Assembly (NCBI GenBank): GCA_965203515.1
Contig: OZ241907.1
Span: forward strand, 3,872,001 to 3,936,000
Direction: 5' to 3'
DNA: 64,000 bases
Origin: Spirochaetia bacterium
GTDB lineage: Bacteria; Spirochaetota; Spirochaetia; SZUA-6; Bin103
Shown: positions 1 to 10,638 of the stretch, piece after piece
Numbering within the stretch: position 1 is the stretch's first letter
Layout: every line of letters starts with the position of its first letter
Position numbers and translations under genes: made by a program
The notes under the pieces: model-generated
Told to the model about the DNA's origin: nothing
Database searches by the model: none
Seen by the model: the letters and a program-made list of their open reading frames with translations, nothing else

Positions 1-95
1 CGCCTCGCCCGGCGAACTGGGCGAGTATATCTTTGCCGACTACGTACGGAACCGCCGCCGCGGCGTGCGGTGACGCCGAGCACAGGAGGATGACG

Positions 96-518
96 ATGGG
101 AGTTCGAACGGCACAGGCAGAATGGCGGGGCGATCTGCAGGGCGGCAGCGGCGCCATGTCGATCGGCGGCCGGTTCACGGGTCCGTTCACGTTCAGCTCG
201 CGGTTCGAGGAAGGCGCGGGCAGCAACCCGGAGGAGTTGTTGGCGGCGGCCCACGCCGGCTGCTTCTCGATGGCGCTCTCCCACGGCCTTGCCGAGGCCG
301 GCCATGCGCCGACCCGCGTCAGCACCACGGCCGACGTGTCGCTGGAGATGGCCGACGGCCGCCCCACGATCACGACCATCGCGCTGACCTGCGATGCCGA
401 GGTACCCGGAATCGACGACGCGGAGTTTCAGAAGATCGCGGCGGCGACCAAGAGCGGCTGCCCGGTCTCCCGCGCGCTGGCCGGCCCGGAGATCACCCTG
501 CAGGCGACGCTCCGTTAG
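96..518 (+). CDS. osmC: OsmC family peroxiredoxin
   Basis: NPEELLAAAHAGCFSMAL and CPVSRAL motifs; AGGAGG RBS at 84-89 favours ATG at 96. Confidence 0.93.
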   Translation: MGVRTAQAEWRGDLQGGSGAMSIGGRFTGPFTFSSRFEEGAGSNPEELLAAAHAGCFSMALSHGLAEAGHAPTRVSTTADVSLEMADGRPTITTIALTCDAEVPGIDDAEFQKIAAATKSGCPVSRALAGPEITLQATLR

Positions 519-529
519 CTCAGGTCGAT

Positions 530-560
530 GCCCTTCGCCGGCCTCATGCCGGCGAGGGGC
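530..560 (+). terminator. GC-rich hairpin after osmC, putative terminator
   Basis: GCCCTTCGCCGGC-ctcat-GCCGGCGAGGGGC stem; a second hairpin CAGGGGG..CCCCCTG-TTTC lies at 572-600. Confidence 0.5.
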
Positions 561-638
561 GTGGGCGCTCGCAGGGGGTGATCAAACAGCCCCCTGTTTC
601 GTCACCCATCGTGATATTATCGGCCCATCACGGGTCAC

Positions 639-2027
639 ATGGAGCGATTGATCGAGGGTCCGTTGCGCCGCTGGCTCGCGCGGCGCCGGCGCAAGCCGCT
701 CGTGCTGCGCGGCGCTCGGCAGGTCGGCAAGACCACGGTCGTGCGGCAGTTCGCCGCCTCCGCCGGCATGCCGCTGTGCGAAGTCAACCTGGAGCGCCAC
801 CTCTACCTGGATGAGGTGTTCAAGGGCCTCGACACCCGCCGCATCCTGCGCGAGCTGGAGACCCTCGGCGGCACGCGCCTGGCCGGCGCCATCCTCTTCC
901 TGGACGAGGTGCAGGCCGCGCCGCACGCGCTGCACGCGCTGCGGTACCTCTACGAGGATCGGCCCGACCTGCCGGTGCTCGCGGCCGGCTCCCTGCTGGA
1001 GTTCACCCTTGCCGATCACTCCTTCTCCATGCCGGTGGGGCGCATCGAGTACCTGCACGTCGGGCCGATGTCGTTCGCGGAGTTCCTCCGGGCCGCCGAT
1101 CCCGGCTCGATCGAGCGGCTCGAATCGTTCGATCTCGATGCGCCCCCGGCGGAAGCCGCCCACCGCCTCCTGCAGCGGCGCTTCCGGGAATACCTGCTGG
1201 TCGGGGGATTGCCGGAGGCGGTGCAGGCGCATTGCGAGTCGGGATCGCCCCTGGAGGTGGCGGCCGTGCACCGCTCGATCGCCGACACCTATCGGGATGA
1301 CTTCGCCAAGTACGCCAGAGGCTCCCGGCTCACTCGCCTGCAGCGGCTGTTCGGCGGCATTCCCCGGTCGGTAGGGCGGAAGGTCACGTACCGGAATCTC
1401 GATCCCGATGCGCGCGCGGAGGAGGTACGGTCCGCGCTCGACCTGCTGGTCAAGGCGCGCATCTGCACGCGCGTGGTCCACAGCCACTGTTCCGGGCTGC
1501 CGCTCGGCGCCGACGTCGACGACCGTACCTGCAAGCTGCTGTTCCTGGACGTCGGATTGATGAATCACGTCTGCGGCCTGGACGGACCGAGCATCGACGC
1601 CATGGACGCGATCCGGTTGGTGAACGAAGGCGGTATCGCCGAGCAGTACGTGGGACAGCAGTTGGCGACCTTCGGCGCCGGGGAGGCGGCGCCGGCGCTC
1701 CACTACTGGTTGCGCCACGCCCGGACCGGCAACGCCGAGGTCGATTACGTGATCTCGCGGGGCGACTGGATCGTCCCGATCGAGGTGAAGGCCGGCCGCA
1801 GCGGGTCGCTGAAGTCATTGTTCCAGTTCGCCCATGAGAAACGGCCGCCGCTGGCGGTCCGCTTCGACGCCAATCCGGCCAGTCTGCAGACCGCGCGGCA
1901 TCGCGTCCGCGCCGGTGCGGACACCGTCCCGGTCACGCTCCGGCTCCTGTCGCTGCCGCTGTATGCCGTGGAGGCGCTGCCGCGCCTGATCGATCGCCTG
2001 CGCGCGCCGCACGCGCTATCGCCGTGA
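639..2027 (+). CDS. AAA+ ATPase (AAA_14) with C-terminal DUF4143 domain
   Basis: Walker A GARQVGKT, Walker B LFLDEVQ, VGGLPEAV, C-terminal EVDYV..PIEVKAG PD-(D/E)xK-like segment. Confidence 0.88.
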   Translation: MERLIEGPLRRWLARRRRKPLVLRGARQVGKTTVVRQFAASAGMPLCEVNLERHLYLDEVFKGLDTRRILRELETLGGTRLAGAILFLDEVQAAPHALHALRYLYEDRPDLPVLAAGSLLEFTLADHSFSMPVGRIEYLHVGPMSFAEFLRAADPGSIERLESFDLDAPPAEAAHRLLQRRFREYLLVGGLPEAVQAHCESGSPLEVAAVHRSIADTYRDDFAKYARGSRLTRLQRLFGGIPRSVGRKVTYRNLDPDARAEEVRSALDLLVKARICTRVVHSHCSGLPLGADVDDRTCKLLFLDVGLMNHVCGLDGPSIDAMDAIRLVNEGGIAEQYVGQQLATFGAGEAAPALHYWLRHARTGNAEVDYVISRGDWIVPIEVKAGRSGSLKSLFQFAHEKRPPLAVRFDANPASLQTARHRVRAGADTVPVTLRLLSLPLYAVEALPRLIDRLRAPHALSP

Positions 2028-3328
2028 CGTGCCTGCGGGACACGGCGTTCGCCGAGAACCATGGACGCGCCCTGCACCGCTGGGTTCCATGGATCGCGGG
2101 CTTCTCGGGTTCATTCGTCGCAGGAATACTGGATGCCGCACGCGGTCACCGTCGCAGGCTGCGCGTTCTCGATCCGTTCGCGGGAGTCGGCACCACGCTC
2201 ATCGAAGCGCTGAAACACGGCGACGATGCGATCGGCTACGAAATCAATCCCTACGCCGCGCTCGCCTGCCGCGCGAAGGCGCACGCAGCCGATTACGACG
2301 TCGCCGCCTTCGAGGCCGAAATCGCTCGTTTCGAAGAGTACGGCGAAGAGGAGTCCTGGCTGAACGGCGGGACCGCTGCACGTCAGCCTGGTGGATTCCG
2401 CAGTCGCGTGCCGTTCTTCAGCCCGGCCGTCGAACGCCAGGCGCTGGCGTGCATGGACTTCATGGCACGGCAGACCATCGGATGGATCAAGGACCTCTTT
2501 CGGGTGGCATTCGGCTCGGTGATGGTGACCTTCTCCAACTACTCCTACGAGCCGAGCCTCGGCACGCGGTCCGGCGCCGGCAAGCCCGATGTCGATCACG
2601 CCGACGTATTCGGCATCATCCGCCGCAAGCTGTCGTACATGCTCGAAGACATCGTCACCTTCCAGGAATGGATGAGCGGACACGACCGCGCGCCGCAGGC
2701 GACCGTCCATCCGCTTTCGTATTTCGATCATGTTCAACTGATCGAGCCCGGCAGTATCGATGCGCTCATCACCTCGCCTCCGTACCTGAACAATTACCAC
2801 TACGTCAGGAATACGCGGCCGCATCTGTTCTGGCTCGGTATGGTGAGTACGCCCGGCGATCTGAAGGCTATCGAGCAGCGCAACTTCGGTCGATATTGGC
2901 AGACCGTACGAGCGGGGCCGGAGATCGCTCTCAAGCCGCCGCTGCCTCACCTGGCGGCGCAACTGGACGACCTCCGCGCCCGGCATCCCGAAAAGGGCGT
3001 CTATGGCGGCTCCGGGTGGGCCAATTACGCGGCCGCGTACTTCAATGACTGCCAACGATTTTGCGCGCTTACGCTACCCTGCATGCGTCCCGGCGGCGTG
3101 GTGGTGGTCGTCATCGGCAACAACATCCTGCAAGGGATCGAGTTTCAGACCGACCGGCTGTTCGCGGAAATCGCGGCGCTCGAGGGATTCGAGATCGTGC
3201 GCCTGCACGAAGTACGCAGCAAGCGAACCGGAACCAGTATCGTCAATTCTTCCGTGCGTGCGGGTACGGTCGACCGGCGCACGCGATTGTATGAAACCGC
3301 GGTCGAGCTCCGTGCGCCGCGGCGTTGA
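2024..3328 (+). CDS. Site-specific amino DNA methyltransferase (probably m4C, alpha-type motif order)
   Basis: Motif I DPFAGVGTT near the N-terminus, motif IV TSPPY later; GTGA overlap with the upstream ATPase. Confidence 0.85.
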   Translation: MTCLRDTAFAENHGRALHRWVPWIAGFSGSFVAGILDAARGHRRRLRVLDPFAGVGTTLIEALKHGDDAIGYEINPYAALACRAKAHAADYDVAAFEAEIARFEEYGEEESWLNGGTAARQPGGFRSRVPFFSPAVERQALACMDFMARQTIGWIKDLFRVAFGSVMVTFSNYSYEPSLGTRSGAGKPDVDHADVFGIIRRKLSYMLEDIVTFQEWMSGHDRAPQATVHPLSYFDHVQLIEPGSIDALITSPPYLNNYHYVRNTRPHLFWLGMVSTPGDLKAIEQRNFGRYWQTVRAGPEIALKPPLPHLAAQLDDLRARHPEKGVYGGSGWANYAAAYFNDCQRFCALTLPCMRPGGVVVVVIGNNILQGIEFQTDRLFAEIAALEGFEIVRLHEVRSKRTGTSIVNSSVRAGTVDRRTRLYETAVELRAPRR

Positions 3329-3331
3329 GGG

Positions 3332-3913
3332 TCAGTCCTCGTAGCGCCGGCGCAGGAGGGGCGACAGGCGCAGTATCCATTGCGCCCGCTCGATCTCGTC
3401 CAGCCATTCGTCGATCTCGACGGCCAACTCCTCGGCTGCGGGCGGGACCAGACCCACCTCGCAGGTCGGCCCCAGCTCGCGCTGCGCCTTCTTCCGGTAG
3501 GTGCTGAGCATCCGATCGCCGATGCGCGCCACCTCGAAGAAGTCCTCGGACAGCATGACCAGCACCGGCACCTTGAGCGCGCCGTTGATGCGCAGCTCCT
3601 CGGCCAGCGCGTCGTCGGTGCGCTCGACGAAGCGGAGCTCGACGCCGGGCGAGGCGTCGGCGATCGCGGCCAGGATCGGCCCCTGCCGCACGCAGTCCCC
3701 GCACCAGATGCCGCTCAGGCAGAGCACCGGCATGGCGCGCGCGAACGCGGCGGCGCGCTGCCGCTGCTCGCCGCCGATCGCGATCCGTTCCGCCATCGCT
3801 TCCCACTTCGACCGGTGCTGCTCCGGCCCGTCGGCAAGGTACGGACCGAGCGGCTTTGCCGCTCCGAACTGCGACCGCCAGAACTCCTGGCGGGTGTCGC
3901 TATAGGCCGCCAT
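3332..3913 (-). CDS. Thioredoxin-family protein
   Basis: WCGDC redox motif and cis-Pro KVP segment; start overlaps the end of aspS. Confidence 0.8.
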   Translation of the reverse strand: MAAYSDTRQEFWRSQFGAAKPLGPYLADGPEQHRSKWEAMAERIAIGGEQRQRAAAFARAMPVLCLSGIWCGDCVRQGPILAAIADASPGVELRFVERTDDALAEELRINGALKVPVLVMLSEDFFEVARIGDRMLSTYRKKAQRELGPTCEVGLVPPAAEELAVEIDEWLDEIERAQWILRLSPLLRRRYED

Positions 3914-5672
3914 CGTCATCCTCCGTAACGGTGATCCGCAGACCGAGCTGCGCCAACTGCTCGGCGTCGACCGGTGACGGCGATCCGTCCATCAACGACG
4001 CCATCGTCGTGTTCTTGGGAAAGGCGATCACCTCGCGGATGGTCGGCTGGCCGGCCATCAGCATCACCAGCCGGTCCAGCCCGAAGGCGACCCCGCCGTG
4101 CGGCGGCGGCCCGTAGCGGAACGCGTCGAGCATGAAGCCGAACCGTCGGCGCGCTTCCTCCTGACCGATCCCGATCATCGAGAATACCCGCTCCTGCAGG
4201 GCGCGGTCGTGGATACGGATCGAACCCGAGCCCAGCTCCACGCCGTCGAGCACCAGGTCGTAGACCTGACCGCGGACCGCCGCCGGGTCGGTTTCCAGGA
4301 GACCCAGGTCCGCTTGCCGAGGCATCGAGAACGGGTGATGGCTCGGGTCCCAGCGCTGCTCGTCCTCGTTCCACTCGAACAGCGGGAAGTCGGTGACCCA
4401 GCAGAAGCGGTGGCCGTCGAGCTGCCGTTCCGCGCCCAGCGCCGTGCGCACCGCGCCCAGGGCCGCGCAGGCGGTCCGCCGGCCGTCGGCGACGAACAGG
4501 GCCACGTCACCGGGAGCGGCGCCCAGCGCCTCGACCGCCTGCGGCGCCACCGAGCTCAGAAAGCGGGCGATGCCCCCTTCCGGACCATCCGCGGTGATCC
4601 GCGTCCATGCCAGCCCCTTGGCGCCCTGCGCCCGGGCGCGCCGCTCCAGCTCGTCGATGCGGGCGCGCGACAGACCGTCGCCGGACACGGTCAGCGCCTT
4701 GACCACGCCGCCGTCGGCCAGGGCGGAGCGGAACACCTTGAAGTCGCTCCGCTCGGCGATCGGTCCGAAATCGGTGAGCGGCAGCGCGAAGCGCAGGTCG
4801 GGGTTCTCCGATCCGTAGCGGTCGATCGCCTCTTCGTGGGTGAGGCGCGGGAACGGGGTGTCGAGCGGCCGGTCCAGGCAGCGCGCGAACACGCGCGCCA
4901 GCATCGTCTCCACGACCGTGAAGACGTCGTCGGGCTCGACGAAGCTCGCCTCGACGTCGATCTGGGTGAACTCCGGCTGCCGGTCGCCGCGCGTGTCCTC
5001 GTCCCGGTAGCAACGGGCGATCTGAAAGTAGCGGTCCAGCCCGCTCACCATGAGGAGCTGCTTGAAGATCTGCGGCGATTGCGGCAGCGCGTAGAAGCGG
5101 CCGGGAGCCAGGCGCGACGGCACGATGAAGTCACGCGCCCCCTCCGGGGTGGAGCGCACCATGGTCGGCGTCTCGATCTCCAGGAAGCCCTGATCGGTCA
5201 GCGCGGCGCGCACCTCGGCGGTGGCGGCGCTGCGCAGGGCCAGGTTGCGCTGCATGACGCCGGAGCGCAGGTCCAGGTAGCGGTAGGTCTGGCGCAACTC
5301 CTCGCGCGCGTCGACCGTGTCGCCGACCGCGAACGGCAGCGGATCACAGGTCGAAAGCACCTCGATCTCGTCCGCGGCCAGCTCGACCTCGCCCGTGATC
5401 TGGTCGGCGTTGGCCATGTCGGCAGGACGCAGGCGCACCGTGCCGGACACGGCGATGCAGTACTCGTCGCGCAGCCCGCCCGCGGCGGCGCGCGCCGCCT
5501 GTGGCGATGACTCGTCCACCACCACCTGCGTTACGCCGTAGCGGTCGCGCAGGTCGATGAAGCGGATGCCGCCGTGATCGCGTCGGGAGGCGACCCAGCC
5601 GCCCAGCACGGCGCGCGCGCCGGCGTCGTCGGCGCGCAGTTCGCCGCACGTCCTGGTTCGTTTGAGACTCAT
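3900..5672 (-). CDS. aspS: Aspartate--tRNA ligase
   Basis: RTRTCGELR start, RRDHGG, PQSPQIFKQLLM, ARCYRDED, GPPPHGGVAFGLDRL; ATG at 5672. Confidence 0.97.
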   Translation of the reverse strand: MSLKRTRTCGELRADDAGARAVLGGWVASRRDHGGIRFIDLRDRYGVTQVVVDESSPQAARAAAGGLRDEYCIAVSGTVRLRPADMANADQITGEVELAADEIEVLSTCDPLPFAVGDTVDAREELRQTYRYLDLRSGVMQRNLALRSAATAEVRAALTDQGFLEIETPTMVRSTPEGARDFIVPSRLAPGRFYALPQSPQIFKQLLMVSGLDRYFQIARCYRDEDTRGDRQPEFTQIDVEASFVEPDDVFTVVETMLARVFARCLDRPLDTPFPRLTHEEAIDRYGSENPDLRFALPLTDFGPIAERSDFKVFRSALADGGVVKALTVSGDGLSRARIDELERRARAQGAKGLAWTRITADGPEGGIARFLSSVAPQAVEALGAAPGDVALFVADGRRTACAALGAVRTALGAERQLDGHRFCWVTDFPLFEWNEDEQRWDPSHHPFSMPRQADLGLLETDPAAVRGQVYDLVLDGVELGSGSIRIHDRALQERVFSMIGIGQEEARRRFGFMLDAFRYGPPPHGGVAFGLDRLVMLMAGQPTIREVIAFPKNTTMASLMDGSPSPVDAEQLAQLGLRITVTEDDDGGL

Positions 5673-5766
5673 TTGATGAGAGTCAGGGTAGCACGGACGC
5701 GCGATCGGCGGGGAGCACGTGATCCCGTCGGCGGCCGGTTTGAGCGCCGTTCGGCCGGACGGTAGC

Positions 5767-7944
5767 ATGGTCGGCGTGGGAGGCGAGGCGGTCGACCGGA
5801 CGGGGGCGCTGCCGGAGCGGCACCGGCGGGCCGGCGATACGCCCAATCGTCTGATCGACGAGAAGAGTCCCTACCTGCTGCAGCACGCCTACAACCCGGT
5901 CGATTGGTACCCCTGGGGGGACGCCGCCTTCGAGCGGGCGCGCCGCGAAGACCGGCTGGTCTTCCTGTCGGTCGGCTACGCCACCTGCCACTGGTGTCAC
6001 GTGATGGCGCACGAGTCGTTCGAAGACGCGGCGGTGGCGGCGTTCCTGAACGCCAACTTCGTCTCCATCAAGCTCGACCGCGAGGAGCGGCCCGACATCG
6101 ACCGCATCTACATGGCGGTGGTGCAGGCGACCAGCGGTTCGGGCGGCTGGCCGATGACGGTGTTCCTCACGCCCGACCGGCGGCCGGTGTTCGGCGGCAC
6201 CTACTTCCCGCCGCGCGGCGCCTACGGCCGACCCGGCTTCCCAGACCTGCTGCGCCGGCTGGCGCGGATGTGGCGTGAGCGGCGGCCGGAGCTGGAGCGG
6301 GCGGCCGGCTCGGTGGTGGAAAGCATCCGCGGCTACCTGGAAGGCGCCCCGCAGGAGGCGGACCCGGCCGCGGTCGACCTGGCGGCCGCGGCGGCCGGCG
6401 CGGCCGCCGGCTATGACGCCCGGGAGGGCGGCTTCGGCCCGGCGCCGAAGTTTCCGCAGCCGTCGGTCGTCGCCCTGTTGCTGCGCCACCCCGACGCGGG
6501 CGGCTCGGCGGGCCGGCGGTACCGCCGCATGGCGCTCCACACCCTCGACGCGATGGCGGCCGGCGGCATGTACGACCACCTGGGCGGCGGCTTCCACCGC
6601 TATTCGGTCGACCCCTGCTGGCGCGTGCCGCACTTCGAGAAGATGCTCTACGACCAGGGGCAGCTCGTGCGCGTCTACGTCCAGGCGTTCCAGGCGACCG
6701 GCGCCGAGCGCTTCGCCGCGGTCGCGCGCCACACCGCCGACTACGTGCTGCGCGACCTGACCACCGCCGACGGCGCGTTCTGCTCAGCGGAGGATGCCGA
6801 CAGCGCGGTCGCCGCCGGCGATTCCGCGCCCGCCCGTGAGGGCGCCTTCTATCTGTGGGACTACGACGAGGCGCGCGCCGCGCTCGAAGCGGACGGATCG
6901 GCCGATCCGTTTCTCTACGTCTACGGACTGGAGCGCCGCGGCAACACCCTGAGCGATCCGCACGGTGAGCTGGGCTCGGGCAACGTGCTCTACCGTTCCC
7001 CGAAGCGCGACGCCGAGGCGGCGCGCCGCTTCGCGCGGCTGGACGAAGACTTGGCGCGCGCCCGCCGGCTGCTGTTCGCGGTGCGCGAGCGCCGCCCGCG
7101 GCCGCTGCTGGACGACAAGGTGATCGCCGGCTGGAACGGGCTGGCGATCGGCGCCCTGGCGCTGCTGTCCGGCGCAGCCGGCCGCACCGTCTATCTGGCC
7201 GCCGCCGAGCGCGCCGCCGACTTCGTATGGTCGGCCATGTGGCAAGGCGCAGACGGCCGGGCCGGCCGGCTGCTGCGCCGCTATCGCGAGGGCGAAGCGC
7301 GGTTCGACGGTTCCCTGGGCGACTACGCGGCGCTGGCCGACGGTCTGATCGATCTCTACCAGGCCGGCGGAACGCCGCGCCATCTGCTGAGGGCGGAGGC
7401 GCTGGCGGACGCGCTGCTGGCCCGCTTCGGCGCCTCCGACGGGGGCTTCTACGATACCGACGGCGTCGCCGACGACCTGCTGTTCCGCAGCCGCGAGCTC
7501 CACGACGGGGCGGAGCCGAGCGGCGCGGCGTTGGCGATCCGCGCGCTCACCCGCGTGGGCCGCATGCTCGGCCGCGACGATCTGGCGTCGGCGGGGTTGG
7601 CGGCCGCCCGGCTTGGCGCGGGCGCCGTCGCGCGCGCGCCCGCGGCGGCGCCGGAGCTGGCGCTGTCGGTCGACCTGGCGGTGAGCGAACCTGCGCAGGT
7701 GGTGCTGGCCGGCCGGCGCGGCGACCCGCGGCTGACCGCGCTGCAGCGCGTGGTCGGCCGCTCCTTCCTGCCGCGGGCGGCGGTGCTGTGGGCCGACCCG
7801 GACTCGCCGTTGACCGCTCGGGTGCCGGAACTCCGGGCGATGGCGGCGGCGGAGGAGGCGACCGCCTACGTCTGCACCGGCTTCGTCTGCGACCGGCCGG
7901 CGACCGATCCGGAAACGCTCGCCGGGCAGCTCGCCGGGCCGTAA
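5767..7944 (+). CDS. YyaL/SSP411-family thioredoxin + glycosidase-like protein (DUF255)
   Basis: [51 protein letters not shown]; start uncertain. Confidence 0.9.
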   Translation: MVGVGGEAVDRTGALPERHRRAGDTPNRLIDEKSPYLLQHAYNPVDWYPWGDAAFERARREDRLVFLSVGYATCHWCHVMAHESFEDAAVAAFLNANFVSIKLDREERPDIDRIYMAVVQATSGSGGWPMTVFLTPDRRPVFGGTYFPPRGAYGRPGFPDLLRRLARMWRERRPELERAAGSVVESIRGYLEGAPQEADPAAVDLAAAAAGAAAGYDAREGGFGPAPKFPQPSVVALLLRHPDAGGSAGRRYRRMALHTLDAMAAGGMYDHLGGGFHRYSVDPCWRVPHFEKMLYDQGQLVRVYVQAFQATGAERFAAVARHTADYVLRDLTTADGAFCSAEDADSAVAAGDSAPAREGAFYLWDYDEARAALEADGSADPFLYVYGLERRGNTLSDPHGELGSGNVLYRSPKRDAEAARRFARLDEDLARARRLLFAVRERRPRPLLDDKVIAGWNGLAIGALALLSGAAGRTVYLAAAERAADFVWSAMWQGADGRAGRLLRRYREGEARFDGSLGDYAALADGLIDLYQAGGTPRHLLRAEALADALLARFGASDGGFYDTDGVADDLLFRSRELHDGAEPSGAALAIRALTRVGRMLGRDDLASAGLAAARLGAGAVARAPAAAPELALSVDLAVSEPAQVVLAGRRGDPRLTALQRVVGRSFLPRAAVLWADPDSPLTARVPELRAMAAAEEATAYVCTGFVCDRPATDPETLAGQLAGP

Positions 7945-7965
7945 GCAAGGCCAAGCGTCTCCTGC

Positions 7966-7992
7966 TTACAGGAGATGGTTTACAGGAGATGG
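7966..7992. repeat. Tandem duplication (14-nt period) covering the ribA stop codon
   Basis: TTACAGGAGATGG at 7966-7978 and 7980-7992. Confidence 0.9.
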
Positions 7993-8579
7993 CCCATCCT
8001 GGTCCGCTTGGTCTCCAGATAGCCCTGGTTGAAGGGGTTGCCGGAGGCGACCAGCGGGATGCGGTCGGTGACCGTGATCCCCGCCGCGCGCAGCCCTTCG
8101 ATCTTGTTCGGGTTGTTGGTCATCAGGGCCACGGAGCGGACCCTGAGCAGCTCCAGAATCCGGGCGGCGATGCCGTAGTCGCGCGCGTCGGCGGGAAATC
8201 CCAGGTGATGGTTCGCCTCGATCGTGTCCATGCCCTGGTCCTGCAGGCGGTAGGCGTGCAGCTTGTTGAGCAGTCCGATGCCGCGCCCCTCCTGGCGCAG
8301 GTAGATCACCGCCCCGCACGGCCGCGCGACGATGAGGCGCAAGGCGGCGTCGAGCTGCTCCCGGCAGTCGCAGCGCTGCGAGCCGAACACCTCGCCGGTC
8401 AGGCATGCGGAGTGGACGCGGATCGGGCAGTCCTCAGCACGCGCCACGTCGCCATGGACGATCGCCAAGGGGCCGTCCCGGCCGTCGCCGGCGCTGAACG
8501 CGGTAAGCCGGAACCTCCCGAAACGGGTCGGCAGATCCACGGTCGCCGCCGGTCGCAGGACGTTCGCGGTCTGTTCCAT
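7980..8579 (-). CDS. ribA: GTP cyclohydrolase II
   Basis: RVHSACLTGEVFGSQRCDC, YLRQEGRGIGL, LMTNNPNK, RMGHLL; start at 8579 or up to 8606. Confidence 0.95.
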   Translation of the reverse strand: MEQTANVLRPAATVDLPTRFGRFRLTAFSAGDGRDGPLAIVHGDVARAEDCPIRVHSACLTGEVFGSQRCDCREQLDAALRLIVARPCGAVIYLRQEGRGIGLLNKLHAYRLQDQGMDTIEANHHLGFPADARDYGIAARILELLRVRSVALMTNNPNKIEGLRAAGITVTDRIPLVASGNPFNQGYLETKRTRMGHLL

Positions 8580-8587
8580 GGGAAGCG

Positions 8588-8611
8588 CAGGCACAAGCTC
8601 AGGCACAAGCT
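8588..8611. repeat. Perfect 12-nt tandem duplication at the ribA 5' end
   Basis: CAGGCACAAGCT x2. Confidence 0.9.
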
Positions 8612-8646
8612 ATGGCGCGGGCGGGAAGCGGTCAACGCCGCGGCGG

Positions 8647-9525
8647 TCAGCCCCGCTTGCGGCCCCGGGGCGGGGCGATGGAGCGGGTGAGGAGCGCGAA
8701 TGCCTCCTCCACGTCGTCGACCCGGTGGATCAGCTCCAGGTCCGCGGCGGTGATGGCGCCCCACTCCACCAGCTTGTCGAAGTCGACGACATCGTCCCAG
8801 TACTCGCGCCCGTAGACGATCACCTGCACGGGCCGCTGCACCTTGCGGGTCTGCAGCAGGGTCAGCACCTCGAACAGCTCGTCCAGGGTGCCGTAGCCGC
8901 CGGGGAACGCCACCAGCGCCCGCGCCAGATACATGAACCAGAACTTGCGCATGAAGAAGTAGTGGAACTCCATGTCGAGGCCGGGCGTGATGTAGCGATT
9001 GGGCGCCGCCTCGTGCGGCAGGCTGATCGCCAGGCCGATGTTCTGGCCGCCGGCCTCGGCGGCGCCGCGGTTGGCGGCCTCCATCATCCCGGGGCCGCCC
9101 CCGGAACAGACCACCAGCTCGCCCTCGGCGCCCGACTCCTTGGCCCAGGCCGTGAGCTTGCCGGCCAGCGCGCGGGCGTCTTCATAGTACGCGGCCAGGC
9201 GAATCTGGCGTTGGGCATACCGCATTTCGGCGCTGGAGACGCCGGCCCGGCGGCCCGAGGCGGCGGCGCCGTAGCGCTCCTCCGCCTCCGCCAGGGGGAG
9301 CGTCCGCGCCGAGCCGAAGAACACGATGGCGCTGCGGATGCGGCGGCGGCGCAGGCGCGCCTTCGGCTCCAGGTACTCGGAGAGGATGCGCAGGCTGCGG
9401 GCATCCCGGCTGCGCAGGAACGTCAGGTTCTCATATGCCTTGTTGATCGGATGGTTGATCGGATGGTTGATCGGATTGGCGCGGCCGGGGCCGGGAGTGG
9501 GCGTATCGGCGGAATCGTCGGTCAT
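8647..9525 (-). CDS. LOG-family (TIGR00730-like) nucleotide phosphoribohydrolase
   Basis: FFGSAR, GGGPGMMEAANRGA, FFMRKFWF, PGGYGTLDELFE. Confidence 0.9.
   Translation of the reverse strand: MTDDSADTPTPGPGRANPINHPINHPINKAYENLTFLRSRDARSLRILSEYLEPKARLRRRRIRSAIVFFGSARTLPLAEAEERYGAAASGRRAGVSSAEMRYAQRQIRLAAYYEDARALAGKLTAWAKESGAEGELVVCSGGGPGMMEAANRGAAEAGGQNIGLAISLPHEAAPNRYITPGLDMEFHYFFMRKFWFMYLARALVAFPGGYGTLDELFEVLTLLQTRKVQRPVQVIVYGREYWDDVVDFDKLVEWGAITAADLELIHRVDDVEEAFALLTRSIAPPRGRKRG
9442..9476. repeat. 12-nt tandem repeat x3 in the LOG N-terminus (PINH repeats)
   Basis: GTTGATCGGATG x3. Confidence 0.9.
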
Positions 9526-9551
9526 GCAAAGGCGCTCAAGCGATTCGGCGG

Positions 9552-10517
<966 letters not shown>

Positions 10518-10638
10518 CGGCGGTCGCCGGTCAAACGCGACCGGCTCAAAACGCGGCCGGCGACCGCCCGACCGGCCGGCGGCGGCCGCCGCCGAGGTTT
10601 GACCGCGCTGCGGCGCGCCACTACTGTCTGATGACCCC

